Shown: positions 20,637-31,087 of the stretch, piece by piece | Layout of the letters: each line of letters begins with the position of its first letter | How positions within the stretch are numbered: the stretch's first letter is position 1 | Source: an uncultured Ignavibacteriales bacterium | Lineage (GTDB): Bacteria > Zixibacteria > MSB-5A5 > GN15 > JAAZOE01 | DNA length: 64,000 bases | Direction of reading: 5' to 3' | Assembly (NCBI GenBank): GCA_964611355.1 | Contig: CAZSYD010000001.1 | Location: forward strand, 66,745 to 130,744 | The notes under the pieces: model-generated | What the model saw: only the letters and a program-made list of their open reading frames with translations | Told to the model about the DNA's origin: nothing | The model's database searches: none | Made by a program: the position numbers and the translations under genes

Positions 20637-21650
20637 ATGACTGAGTTCACGCTCGACAAGCTTCCCAAACGTGTTTTAGCGAAGATTGACCTTCAGACAG
20701 CTTTTATGGCATCACGATGCGTAGTTGCGGCAGAAAAGCTGCAAATATTTCGCAAACTCCACGGGGAAAAACTTTCAGCCGCCGCCATCGGTCGTAAAAC
20801 GGGGATTACCGGCTGGCGCATTAAAGCGTTTCTAAACGCTCTCGTCTCGCTCGGATTGTTAAACAATCAAGGCGAACTTTTCTATAATTCACGATTGACG
20901 GAAAAATATTTCATTGGAGAACGCTCAATATACTGGACCAAATTATATTCCAAAGAGTGCACCAAAGAATATGAGGCGTTTTCGGTTTTGGAGGAAATGC
21001 TGAAAACCCAGAGATCCTATCAGTCAATACTTGGCAAAGAACGAAAAGATTACATCAAAATGATGAAGAATGATCCCCAGTGGGCACATGATTTCACACA
21101 TATGCTCTACCATGATCATAAGACGGAAGCCGAGGCTTTGTCAAAGTTTTTGGACCTAAGGGATTATAACAGAGTTTTAGACCTCGGTGGCGGTTCGGGT
21201 GTGATGTCAATCCCACTGGTTCGTAAGAACAAACATTTGAAAGCCTGTGTACTTGACATTGAGGCAGTTATACGCATAGCCAAGAAAATCATTAAGCGAG
21301 AGAAGCTGATTGATCGTATCCGGACTATCGCGGGTGATATGAATAAGCATATTCCTTGCGGATTCGATGTTATAATGTTATGCGATTCGGGATCGTATTC
21401 CGTCGATTTACTTCAAAGAGTGCATGCCAGCTTGCCTGATGGCGGTTTGATAGTATTGGCCGAGGAATTTTCCACAGAGGATTACACCGAACCGCTCTTT
21501 CGTTTGATGTGGCAACTACGATCCCAAAGATTCTGGCTGATGACCAAGAAACAGGCCATAGCGAATCTCCGACAGTGCGGTTTCGAGGCGATAAAACAAC
21601 GTCGTATCCATCCAAAGATGTTGGTAATTACCGGGCGCAAAAGGCGATGA
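20637..21650 (+). CDS. SAM-dependent O-methyltransferase (dimerisation domain plus Methyltransf_2)
   Basis: VLDLGGGSG, IAGDM, N-terminal winged-helix-like region. Confidence 0.88.
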   Translation: MTEFTLDKLPKRVLAKIDLQTAFMASRCVVAAEKLQIFRKLHGEKLSAAAIGRKTGITGWRIKAFLNALVSLGLLNNQGELFYNSRLTEKYFIGERSIYWTKLYSKECTKEYEAFSVLEEMLKTQRSYQSILGKERKDYIKMMKNDPQWAHDFTHMLYHDHKTEAEALSKFLDLRDYNRVLDLGGGSGVMSIPLVRKNKHLKACVLDIEAVIRIAKKIIKREKLIDRIRTIAGDMNKHIPCGFDVIMLCDSGSYSVDLLQRVHASLPDGGLIVLAEEFSTEDYTEPLFRLMWQLRSQRFWLMTKKQAIANLRQCGFEAIKQRRIHPKMLVITGRKRR

Positions 21651-21758
21651 ATTTTCAGTTGGTGAAATCAGACAGTGAAAACAACCTCAAAAGTTCTGAG
21701 TTCTGGACAGTTAGGGGAGGCTGGCTGTCTGTTTCATGCTTTCTTCCAAAGAAGCGTT

Positions 21759-22559
21759 CTAAAATGACTCCACGTAGGTTACCCGCAGACCGCGCCAGAT
21801 ATCGGTCGCGCCTTTGCGGTTGTTATTCAGGTTTTTCAGAAGTATTTCCATTACCAGGTTATCGGCATACAGCCATTGCAGCGAAAGATTAAGATAGCCT
21901 TTCCCTTTCCCCAGGCTGATTTGATCTTTATCGTCGTTGGTGGCAAAATCGTATTCCATGACCAGCCCGACCTCGTTGTTCAGCCGGGTATCGAAGCCGA
22001 TGAAGAAGTCAGGATTGTCGTCGTCGTCTCCCTGCTCGGTGGAGTAATTGACGCCGCCATGAAGTCCAAGCTGCCATTGGTAAAAGGGATAGTTCTTGCT
22101 GGCGACGGCGAAAAACCCCTTTGACTTAAAAGCATACCGATCGTTGTCGTCATGCCACGAGCCGTAACCCTGGCTGCAGAATCCGATCGTCGCCGCCGGG
22201 AAAACCAGCCCCTCATCGATCAGGGAAAGCCTGACGTTGAATTCGATGCGAGGATTCCAGTTTGGGCTTTCTTCGGCCAGGATTCCTTCCGAACCGTAAC
22301 TGATACCGACCATAAGCCGGTTGGAAAGACCGATATTGGTTGCCGTCAGGATGCCCCCCCGGGGATAGGCCCGCATAACGACGTTGAAATTGGCCCGTTT
22401 AAGCGTTCCGGCCGTCGGACAATCGACTAAAATAGTCGGCTGCCAACTGAAAGGATCGACGGCGGGTAGTTTGTCAACTTGCGATTGGGCCATAACATTC
22501 GATAAACAGACTAAAATAAATAACGCAAGGACGATTGAAACAAACAGCCTTGTAAACAC
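21759..22559 (-). CDS. Outer-membrane beta-barrel, YjbH-like
   Basis: GGAGG then GTG 22559, signal peptide, DCPTAGTL, alternating beta strands, terminal Phe. Confidence 0.7.
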   Translation of the reverse strand: MFTRLFVSIVLALFILVCLSNVMAQSQVDKLPAVDPFSWQPTILVDCPTAGTLKRANFNVVMRAYPRGGILTATNIGLSNRLMVGISYGSEGILAEESPNWNPRIEFNVRLSLIDEGLVFPAATIGFCSQGYGSWHDDNDRYAFKSKGFFAVASKNYPFYQWQLGLHGGVNYSTEQGDDDDNPDFFIGFDTRLNNEVGLVMEYDFATNDDKDQISLGKGKGYLNLSLQWLYADNLVMEILLKNLNNNRKGATDIWRGLRVTYVESF

Positions 22560-22762
22560 GATTCCTCCCTGAAATTCAACTTGTGCCTTCACTTGATGAT
22601 ATAAACCGGGTTGTCTGAAATCAATTAAAAACAATCTCACGCCGCGATTGAAAACCGGCGGTGCGTCGAATGGAGATCCGAAGAAAATCGCGCGCATAAA
22701 AATACTTGCGGTTGACGGTATTCTTTTTAATCTGCATATTGTCCCGGGATGAAGAGGAAATA

Positions 22763-23134
22763 ATGAGCAATGACAATTCAAAAGCCGGGTTTCAACAAAG
22801 AAAAGGCCGGGTAGTAAAAGCTTACAAATCAGCCTATCCCGATCCGCTTGTTGTAAAGGCCGGAGAAGAACTTGCCGTTGAGGACAGGGAAAGCGAGTGG
22901 AGCGGCTGGATATGGTGTATAAACAAACAGGGAAGAAACGGCTGGGTTCCTGAAAAATATATTGAAAGAAAAGGCGGTGCCTGCAAAGCTCTGCGTAGCT
23001 ATGACGCTACGGAATTGTCGGTCCGTGCCGGTGAAAAGTTAAGCATCATCTTTGAGGAAAGCGGCTGGGTGTGGTGTGCCAGGCGGAACGGCGAAAGAGG
23101 CTGGATTCCCCTGGAAAATATAGAGATTCTCTAA
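22763..23134 (+). CDS. Tandem SH3-domain protein
   Basis: Two units: GWIWC...GWVP and YDATELSV..GE...GWVWC...GWIP. Confidence 0.85.
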   Translation: MSNDNSKAGFQQRKGRVVKAYKSAYPDPLVVKAGEELAVEDRESEWSGWIWCINKQGRNGWVPEKYIERKGGACKALRSYDATELSVRAGEKLSIIFEESGWVWCARRNGERGWIPLENIEIL

Positions 23135-23166
23135 GCGCCGTAATGAATCCGGAAAGGAGAAACCAG

Positions 23167-24336
23167 ATGGAAGAAATCCCCAATGTTTCCAACAGAGTGA
23201 GTCAAATACCAAAATCGGCAATACATGAAATGACGAGGCTGTCGAAGGAAGTTGAGGATGTGGCTTTTTTGTCATGGGCAAAACCAACATCCGACGCGCC
23301 GGAACATATCAAAGAGGGTGCTGTCGCCGCCATACAAAAAGGGCTTGTGGGCGGATATTCCGAAAACGCCGGTTTAATCGAATTGCGGAAGGAGATCGTC
23401 AGGAAATTAAAAAGGGACAACAACATCGATGCCAACCCTTCCGAGATACTGGTTACCGTCGGCGCCATCGAAGGATTATGCGCAGCGGTGATGGCGCTGA
23501 TTGATCCCGGCGATGAGGTTATCCTGCCGTCGCCGACCTATTCTACCCATATACGCCAGGTAGTTATTGCTTCCGGAAAGCCCGTCATGGTTCCGACCAT
23601 CGAAGAGGAGGGGTTCATCCTCGATCTTGAGGAGATCGAAAAGGCGATTACCCCTAAAACAAAAGCGATTATGTATTGCTCGCCGAGTAATCCTACCGGT
23701 ACTGTCTTTGGTGAAAGGCAGCTTCGCCGGTTGGCCGAAATCGCGCTGGAGCATAACCTGATGGTTATTACCGATGAAGCTTATGAGTATTTCACTTATG
23801 ACGGCCATAAGCACCTCAGTATAGCGTCGATTCCGGAAGTAAGGAAGAATATAGTCAGTTGTTTTACCTTTACGAAGACTTACGCTATGACGGGCTGGCG
23901 TGTCGGCTATCTGCATGCCGACGAGAAGCTGATACCCCAGATCACCAAGGCGCATATCCCGTTTGCGATTTGTGCGCCCGTTGTTTCCCAGTATGCGGCC
24001 CTGGCCGCCCTGAAAGGTCCGCAGGATTGCGTATCGGCATTCCGGGAGCATTATCTTTCCACTCGCAACCTGATGTGCGAGCGTCTTGACAACCTCAGTT
24101 CGGTTTTTGAATATCAGAAACCGAGCGGGTCTTATCTGATGTTTCCCAAAATATTGCCGGAGGAAGGCAAAGATTCGACGACTTTCTGCAAAAAACTTTT
24201 AAGAGAAGGCAGGGTGTCAACGACTCCGGGAATCGCCTTCGGGCCGACCGGACAGCAACACCTGCGTCTGTCGTTCTGCGTTCCGGCAGATGAAATAAAC
24301 AAGGCATTTGACAGAATGGAATCCTACTTCGGCTGA
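23167..24336 (+). CDS. PLP-dependent class I/II aminotransferase
   Basis: SPSNPTG, DEAY, FTKTYAMTGWRVG, LRLSF. Confidence 0.95.
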   Translation: MEEIPNVSNRVSQIPKSAIHEMTRLSKEVEDVAFLSWAKPTSDAPEHIKEGAVAAIQKGLVGGYSENAGLIELRKEIVRKLKRDNNIDANPSEILVTVGAIEGLCAAVMALIDPGDEVILPSPTYSTHIRQVVIASGKPVMVPTIEEEGFILDLEEIEKAITPKTKAIMYCSPSNPTGTVFGERQLRRLAEIALEHNLMVITDEAYEYFTYDGHKHLSIASIPEVRKNIVSCFTFTKTYAMTGWRVGYLHADEKLIPQITKAHIPFAICAPVVSQYAALAALKGPQDCVSAFREHYLSTRNLMCERLDNLSSVFEYQKPSGSYLMFPKILPEEGKDSTTFCKKLLREGRVSTTPGIAFGPTGQQHLRLSFCVPADEINKAFDRMESYFG

Positions 24337-24363
24337 TGGCTTTGCCGCGTTATACGGCCCGGG

Positions 24364-25218
24364 TTACGAATGCTTAAGGCCGGATGCTTTCAGTATAAGT
24401 GAGGGTGTGTTAACGCCGATATGGTCGGCTATGACGGGACACTTTGCCATCAGGAGAAAAAACAGCCGACGCTTTTCGCCGGACAGGCCTTCGTAATTTC
24501 CCTGTCCTTTACTTATTATAAAATCGGAATTGTTGAACAGTTCGACGAATTCAGGGCTGCACGTATTAAGTATGATCCCGGGAGCGTCTGTTCCCGATGA
24601 AACAATGGTTGCCGATTTATCAATACCGGCCTGTACGGCATCCTCATATGTTACGTCGTTTATAATGGGGACATGCCTGACAACATAGGTTGTCGGTTTA
24701 TTTATTTGCTCAATAAGAACTCTATCGAAGACCGATTCTCCGGCATTGTCGCCAAGGAATAAGATTTGATCGGTGCGTTCCAATTCGGTCCTGAAATCTT
24801 CGTAATCGCAAATGGCAAAATCCATCTCGATTATTTTGCTTACCTCTTCTTCGATATTGACCGAATCGTAAACGCCGAGATCTATCACGTTACCTGCGAT
24901 GGCCACCCTTACGGCTGTAAACAGCGGATCGGCAGATTTTTCAACCTTTCTTTTCAGGGAACCGTACATGGCCAGCGCTCTCTCCGTGCTTTTCTTTTTT
25001 ATGGTTTTGTATGGGTCGTCGTTACCGGTGACTTCCCTTATCTTTTGATATATCAATCTGCCGGTTTCCGGCGGGGTGCTTTCAAGGGAAATATCCTTAA
25101 GCATCGTACCGATCTCATCCAGAAGCCTTTTTATGGTCTTTTCGTCGTCGGTTGACATTTTAGCGGTACGAAGCGCCTGTTTGAAGAAACAGGGGATACA
25201 ATCAAGAAACGTTTTCAT
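24364..25218 (-). CDS. DUF89/ARMT1-like damage-control phosphatase
   Basis: CIPCF, GNVID, DNAGE, KGQGNYE, KC. Confidence 0.92.
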   Translation of the reverse strand: MKTFLDCIPCFFKQALRTAKMSTDDEKTIKRLLDEIGTMLKDISLESTPPETGRLIYQKIREVTGNDDPYKTIKKKSTERALAMYGSLKRKVEKSADPLFTAVRVAIAGNVIDLGVYDSVNIEEEVSKIIEMDFAICDYEDFRTELERTDQILFLGDNAGESVFDRVLIEQINKPTTYVVRHVPIINDVTYEDAVQAGIDKSATIVSSGTDAPGIILNTCSPEFVELFNNSDFIISKGQGNYEGLSGEKRRLFFLLMAKCPVIADHIGVNTPSLILKASGLKHS

Positions 25219-25385
25219 TGCGGCTCCCGGCTGCGTGTCAAATGGTTTTGCGGTCGCATGATGACCGGCAAATTATGAGGCATTCTTTGAAATGGCAAGT
25301 TCTTTCCCGACTTCGGAATCGTAATCTTCAATCCTTGCTTGTCCTTTTAGTATAGTCTATTCCAGTAAAGAGTTTCGGCAACAAT

Positions 25386-25419
25386 AAAGCCTTCACGGCT
25401 GAGCGCCGCAAAGGCTTTT
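25386..25419. terminator. Putative intrinsic terminator
   Basis: AAAGCCTT..CGGC-tgagc-GCCG..AAGGCTTT. Confidence 0.55.
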
Positions 25420-25454
25420 ATATATAACGAAACGACTTTCGCCGCCTTAAATAC

Positions 25455-27089
25455 CTACCATCTTTTCATAATCTCACCAAAGCATTCCAGGCCGCTCCAG
25501 ATGACCCCGCCGTAACCGCCGCCGGGAGATGTCCAGGCACCGGCAAGATAGAGGTTTTTGACCGGCGTGACATGAGGCATGCGGCTGGGACCGGAGTTAT
25601 CCGGCGTCTGATCCCAGCCGTAGACGGCTCCGCGATAATTGCCGGTATAGCGCAGGTTGGTCAGCGGCGTGCCGACTTCCATTACTTCGATGGCCTCGGC
25701 CAGTCCCGGCAGCAACTTCTCCTCGGCTCTTTTGATAAGGATTTTGGCCATCCGTTCCTTTTCTTTCCTGTATGCGGTCTTATTTCCGGCGAAATAATCG
25801 GCCTCGTATTTTTTCCAGTAGTCGTATCCTTGAAGCGCCGTGATATGGATGATATTTTTCCCCGGAGGCGAATATCCGTCGTAGAGATTATCATACAGCA
25901 TCAGGCCGAAGCCGCAGTTTTCGACGTCCGCGTTGAGAGCCGCGCCGAATTCTTCATCGGAATTATGCCCGCTGCTGATAGAGATTTCCGTATCGGGAAT
26001 GCCGATTTTTCCGACCAGGTCGTTTTTCAAGCCCATAAACACCTGGTAAATCGACAGGCTTACGCTGTAGTTGTCCATCCGCGCCAGGTAATCCTTGAGA
26101 TATTCATCCGCCTTGAGCATCTTATGGAAGGTGTCGTAAGCGTTGGCGTTGGAGACGATCACTTTGCCTTTGTATTCTTTGCCGTCGGCGGTTTCTATTC
26201 CGTAAGCGGTTTGCCCGTTGACCAGTATCTCTTCTGCGCGCGTTCGCAGTATTACTTTGCCGCCGTGATCTTCGATAAATCCGACAAGAGCGTTGCTTAT
26301 TTTCTGCGATTTGCCGATCGGGTAATACCCGCCGTTGGTCAGAAAATCAATAGTTGGGAAGGCGTAATAAAATCCGGCCAGTTTTGACGGCGGCAGGCCG
26401 TAGTAGCCCCAGAGGAAAGAGACGAGTTCCTTTAACTTGGGGTTTGTGATTCTTACATCTACCATCTGGCCCCAGGTTTTGCTGTAGGCGCTGAATAGAT
26501 AAGGATACTCGATGGGAAATTTTTGCATATCAATTTCGCCGCGAGCGGCAAAAATCTTGTTGATATCCAGGGCCACCCCTTTCATATCCTCAAAAAGCGC
26601 TTCGATACCCTTTTTCTCATCGGGGAAATAATCCGTCAAAATTTTTATAAATCCGGGAAGATCCTTTTGAGGAATGCGAAAATCATAATCGGGCATGATT
26701 ACCCGGTGAAAATTGGGGTGAGGAACAAATTCGACATCGGTTATTTCCGGAAAACCGGGAAGCAGGTTATACTTTCCGTTGCGATTGCCAACCGAGGTGG
26801 AATGAAGGGAAGCGTCAAAGACGAAACCTCCGGGTCGTTTGAAGGTGGTGGCATATCCGCCCGGTTTGCGGTACTGCTCCAGAACCAGGGGTTTAAATCC
26901 CTGCCGGGCGAAAGCAGCGGCGCAACTGAGTCCTCCCAGCCCGGAGCCGATGATGACGGCATCGAATTCATCTTCGCCCAATTCCACGCCGGCGGCCTTC
27001 GGCAGCGAACCCCAATCGAAGGCCACCATACCCAGCCCGGCCAAAAGAGATTTGATAAAATCTCTTCTTTCCCAGATTTTTTGTGACAT
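25455..27089 (-). CDS. FAD-dependent oxidoreductase, phytoene desaturase/retinol saturase family, with Tat-like signal
   Basis: ERRDFIK; IIGSGLGGL; PGGY; TPLT..RY; NLYLAGAW..PGGG. Confidence 0.85.
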   Translation of the reverse strand: MSQKIWERRDFIKSLLAGLGMVAFDWGSLPKAAGVELGEDEFDAVIIGSGLGGLSCAAAFARQGFKPLVLEQYRKPGGYATTFKRPGGFVFDASLHSTSVGNRNGKYNLLPGFPEITDVEFVPHPNFHRVIMPDYDFRIPQKDLPGFIKILTDYFPDEKKGIEALFEDMKGVALDINKIFAARGEIDMQKFPIEYPYLFSAYSKTWGQMVDVRITNPKLKELVSFLWGYYGLPPSKLAGFYYAFPTIDFLTNGGYYPIGKSQKISNALVGFIEDHGGKVILRTRAEEILVNGQTAYGIETADGKEYKGKVIVSNANAYDTFHKMLKADEYLKDYLARMDNYSVSLSIYQVFMGLKNDLVGKIGIPDTEISISSGHNSDEEFGAALNADVENCGFGLMLYDNLYDGYSPPGKNIIHITALQGYDYWKKYEADYFAGNKTAYRKEKERMAKILIKRAEEKLLPGLAEAIEVMEVGTPLTNLRYTGNYRGAVYGWDQTPDNSGPSRMPHVTPVKNLYLAGAWTSPGGGYGGVIWSGLECFGEIMKRW

Positions 27090-27308
27090 TATTTTTCTCC
27101 CAAGTTGGTGATGGTTTATGTTTTTATTTAGGAATACTCTGTCTTGTTATCAAGATTAATTTGCCAAACCCGTAATACGTTTGGCTTGTATTTACGTCGA
27201 ATGGGCATTGCAAGTTCCATTGTTTTTGTTGAATTAAATCGCTTTGAATGTATATATTTCAAAAGATAATGTGATCAATCGTTTCTCGCAATAAACAAGG
27301 AGGAAAAA

Positions 27309-28121
27309 ATGAAGGACAGACGAATTGCCATGATTGTCAGGATGGTTTTGGCCTTAGCCGTCCTTATGTTTCTGGTCGGCTGCGGTACGCAGATTCCGTC
27401 GGGCCACCGCGGCGTCAAGTATTTAAAGTTCGGCGACGGCACCGAGATGGGCAAAATCTATGATGAAGGGTTTAACTGGCATTTACCGTGGAACAAGATT
27501 TACGTTTACAGAATACAGCTTAATGAGCGCAAGGAAGCGCTGCAAATTCTATCGGCCGATGGTGCCACGATAGGTCTGGAAGTGTCGATCTGGTACCGTC
27601 CCGTAGTGGACAAACTCGATTCCCTGCAGAAAACAATCGGGCCCGTTTATTACAATTCAGTCGTGGCGTCGGGCCTTCGCGGTGTCGGTCGAGCTATTGT
27701 AGGACAGTATAAACCGGAGGAGATTTATTCCACCAAGCGGGACGTAATCGCCAGCGAGATAATTCAGGGGATGCGGGATTTGCTCACCGATAAGTACGTA
27801 TCCATCGAAAACATTATCATCCGAAACGTCATCCTGCCGCCGAAAATAACCGACGCGATAAATGCCAAGCTGACGGCCGACCAGCAACAGCAACAAATGG
27901 AGTACGTGCTTCTTAAAGAGAAGCAGGAGGCTGAGCGTAAGCGGATCGAAGCTCAGGGCATCGCCGACTTCCAGAAGATAGTCTCCAAAGGCATCACAGA
28001 AACCCTGCTGAAATGGAAAGGGATTGAGGCGACCCAGAATCTGGCCGAATCGCCCAATTCCAAGATTATCATTATAGGCAGTGGCAAGGACGGCCTACCG
28101 ATTATCCTTGGCGGTAGTTGA
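27309..28121 (+). CDS. SPFH/prohibitin family lipoprotein
   Basis: LVGC lipobox, GHRGV, AERKRIEAQG. Confidence 0.9.
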   Translation: MKDRRIAMIVRMVLALAVLMFLVGCGTQIPSGHRGVKYLKFGDGTEMGKIYDEGFNWHLPWNKIYVYRIQLNERKEALQILSADGATIGLEVSIWYRPVVDKLDSLQKTIGPVYYNSVVASGLRGVGRAIVGQYKPEEIYSTKRDVIASEIIQGMRDLLTDKYVSIENIIIRNVILPPKITDAINAKLTADQQQQQMEYVLLKEKQEAERKRIEAQGIADFQKIVSKGITETLLKWKGIEATQNLAESPNSKIIIIGSGKDGLPIILGGS

Positions 28122-28153
28122 CGATTTATTAGCCGGTAATCCAAACGGTACGC

Positions 28154-28180
28154 AAAAAGCCCTGCCTGGGCGGGGCTTTT
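28154..28180. terminator. Bidirectional intrinsic terminator
   Basis: AAAAGCCCTGCC-tg-GGCGGGGCTTTT between convergent genes. Confidence 0.75.
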
Positions 28181-28207
28181 CCCGGGGTCTGGTTTATCTG
28201 CGTCGGT

Positions 28208-29590
28208 CTATTTGCCGCTGATCTTTATTCCGCTGACCCTGTAAGTCGGCACGCCGATGACATTGCCTCGCACTTCCCAGGTCAGATCATCGGCAATACC
28301 ATCGATGCTTTTCAGGAAATCGAACATGTTTCCGGAGATAGTGATGTTGCTTACCGGCCGGGAGAGTTCGCCATGTTCTATCATCAATCCTTTACAGGGG
28401 ATAGAAAAATTGCCGGTTATCGGATCGACCGAAGCGTGCAGGCCGCTGACTTCGGTTATATACAACCCGTTTCCCACCGAACCGATCAACTTGTCGCGGC
28501 TGGCGTTACCGGGACGCAGATAGAAATTAGTGGGTGCTATCATTGGCCGTGAACTGTACGAAGGGCGCTCGGCGTTTCCGGTCGGCTCTGTCCCGCCTTT
28601 GTGCGCAGTGTAACTGTCATACAGCAGTTGCGTCAGCCGTCCGCCGGCGATTATTTCCTTCGTGCCGGTAGGTAGTCCTTCTCCGTCAAGTGCCGCCGAG
28701 GCCAGGCCTCCTTTAAGGCGGCCGTCGTCGATAATGGTGACTTTCTCAGAGGCGACGCTCTCGCGCAGCCTGCCGGTAAAGATTGATTTTTTCTTCTGCA
28801 CCAGATCGGCTGAAACCATATCGGCGATCAGGTCGATAAAGCTGTATCCTGATTCAGGCGGAAAGACCGCTTCCACTTCACCGGTCTCGCCGTCAGTCGC
28901 TCCCAGCATCCTCAACGCAGTACGGGCCGCTTTTTTGCCGGGATTCTCAGGATCGAGATCATCAAAGTACGACTTCACCTCGATGCCGGTGCCGGTTTGG
29001 GCGCCGGTCGGGTCGGACTGACCGCCGGGTGTTGTCTCCATGGCGACCGCGACGATGTATCCATAAATTTCGCTGCGACGGGATTCATACATGATCCCTT
29101 TGGATGAGACGATGGCATATTCGTCGGCGGAATCGCCATATTGCAGCCAGCCTATTTGCACAATCCGTGGATCGGCGCTCCTCGCCGCTGTGTCAATAGC
29201 AATTGCCTTCTCGATTTTTTTCTTCACCGGAATAGTTTTCAGCTTTTCGTCATACCGCTCCAGCGAATGGTCGTCCGACGCTTCGGGAACGGGATCGGGC
29301 AGGACATTATGTTCGTCGAGCGAATGTTTAGCGGTGTTGGCAATCAGCTTTCTGATAATATCATCGGCAGAGGAAAGGTCGAGGTTGTTGGATGATGCAA
29401 AGCCCATCCGCCCGTCTTTGAGCGCCCTGAGGCCGAAGCCACGCTGGTTTTTATAATTGACCGTTTCGGCCCTGCTGTTGAGAATCTCTATTTCAACCGA
29501 GGCGGATTCCATTACGCAGGCTTCGGCTTCATCGGCGCCCAGTTTTCGGGATCGTTCAACCAGTCTTTCCGCCAGTTCCAGTCTGTTCAT
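28208..29590 (-). CDS. pmbA: PmbA/TldE family protein (pair 1)
   Basis: DGEG, TGNA, TGNFS, ITISGN; no HExxxH. Confidence 0.9.
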   Translation of the reverse strand: MNRLELAERLVERSRKLGADEAEACVMESASVEIEILNSRAETVNYKNQRGFGLRALKDGRMGFASSNNLDLSSADDIIRKLIANTAKHSLDEHNVLPDPVPEASDDHSLERYDEKLKTIPVKKKIEKAIAIDTAARSADPRIVQIGWLQYGDSADEYAIVSSKGIMYESRRSEIYGYIVAVAMETTPGGQSDPTGAQTGTGIEVKSYFDDLDPENPGKKAARTALRMLGATDGETGEVEAVFPPESGYSFIDLIADMVSADLVQKKKSIFTGRLRESVASEKVTIIDDGRLKGGLASAALDGEGLPTGTKEIIAGGRLTQLLYDSYTAHKGGTEPTGNAERPSYSSRPMIAPTNFYLRPGNASRDKLIGSVGNGLYITEVSGLHASVDPITGNFSIPCKGLMIEHGELSRPVSNITISGNMFDFLKSIDGIADDLTWEVRGNVIGVPTYRVSGIKISGK

Positions 29591-31014
29591 TGGTTGCCTC
29601 CATCATAAGCGTCGCCGGTGCCGCCGACCGTCAGCGATTTAACCCGCACGGTCGGCATACCCACTCCGACGGGCACCTGTTGTCCTTTACCGCATCGCCC
29701 GGGTGATTCGATAATTTCCAAGTCGTTGCCGACCATGTCGATATCGCGAAGGGCGTCGATTCCACGACCAATGATCGAGGCGCCTTTGACCGGGTAGGTA
29801 AGCCTTCCGTCTTCAATCATGTAGCCCAGCTTGATTGACGTTATGAACTCTCCCGTAAAAGGATTGACCTGTCCCCCGCCGCCGGTATCGACCGCATAAA
29901 GGCCTCGTTTGGTGTTTTTTATAATATCTTCAGGCTTGGATTCGCCGCCCAGTATGTAAGTATTGCGCATGCGGGGGATTGGGGGATACTTATATGACTC
30001 CCGCCGCGCCGAACCGGTAGGCGTCGCTTTCATCTCTTTTGCCGTGATCGAAGAGTGCAGGTAACTTTTTAGGACGCCGCCTTCTATCATAACCGTTTTC
30101 TGCGACGGCGTTCCTTCGTCGTCAAATTCAAAAGAGCCGGGAAAGCCGGGGATGGTGCCGTCGTCAATCAGGGTAACCAGCGGCGAGGCGACCCGTTGAT
30201 TCATCTTGCCGGCAAAGTTGGAGCCTTTCTCGACAATATCGGCTTCCAACCCGTGTCCGCAGGATTCATGAAAAAGGATGCCGTTGTCGCCGGGGGCAAA
30301 GACGACCGGCATTCCGCCGCGGGGGCAGTCTTTGGCGGTAAGCATAGTCGTGGCCAGTTCCGCCGCCTTCGCAGCCATTTTTCCCGGGGCATGCCTGCCG
30401 GTCAATTTTTCCAGCCCGCCATAGAAAGAACGGCCAAAAACGCCCGATTCACGCAGGCCGTTCTTTTCAACGATAATAATGACGGCCAGTTCGGTAAGGC
30501 CGAGAGTCTGGCTGATGACGCTCTCGTTAAGAGTCGAGGCCAGGACAATCCGTCGTTTGTGATCGCGGTACCTGACCGTCGCCTGCGCAGCGTACGGCGT
30601 TGCCCAGGCACGTTCTTCGGCTTCTTTTACCAGTTCGAGTTTTTTCTCGGTGGACGACTCGGCCGGAGAAGTTCTAAAAGGATATTCCCATGAATTATCC
30701 TGCCGCCGCAGGTCTATGGTTCCTGTCTGCCGGCCGTTTCCGCCCGCCGCGTCACGCACACAGGCGGCCAGTTCCAGGACATCGAATTCCTCAAATGAAT
30801 TGGATATGGCGTAAAAGGTGCGTCCACCGGTAACAATCCTGATCCCGACACCACGCTCGGCCGAGAGGTCGGTTTTCAGCTTTTTATCATCGGCAATGAC
30901 GCTGTTATAGATCGCCTGTTCAACAAAGACGTCGGCATAGTCGGCGCCTTTTTCAACGGCTATGGTTAAGGCTTTCTTTAACAGATCATGATCTAACGAC
31001 AAAGGTTCTTTCAT
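29587..31014 (-). CDS. tldD: TldD metalloprotease (pair 1)
   Basis: FHESCGHGLEAD, DDEG, PRMRNT, CGKGQ. Confidence 0.93.
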   Translation of the reverse strand: MKEPLSLDHDLLKKALTIAVEKGADYADVFVEQAIYNSVIADDKKLKTDLSAERGVGIRIVTGGRTFYAISNSFEEFDVLELAACVRDAAGGNGRQTGTIDLRRQDNSWEYPFRTSPAESSTEKKLELVKEAEERAWATPYAAQATVRYRDHKRRIVLASTLNESVISQTLGLTELAVIIIVEKNGLRESGVFGRSFYGGLEKLTGRHAPGKMAAKAAELATTMLTAKDCPRGGMPVVFAPGDNGILFHESCGHGLEADIVEKGSNFAGKMNQRVASPLVTLIDDGTIPGFPGSFEFDDEGTPSQKTVMIEGGVLKSYLHSSITAKEMKATPTGSARRESYKYPPIPRMRNTYILGGESKPEDIIKNTKRGLYAVDTGGGGQVNPFTGEFITSIKLGYMIEDGRLTYPVKGASIIGRGIDALRDIDMVGNDLEIIESPGRCGKGQQVPVGVGMPTVRVKSLTVGGTGDAYDGGNQ

Positions 31015-31087
31015 ATAGCTTTATCCTCGGGACTCTTTACCCTGATATATCATAATAAGCGTTTATAATGCGGATTTCGCAAGCGGC

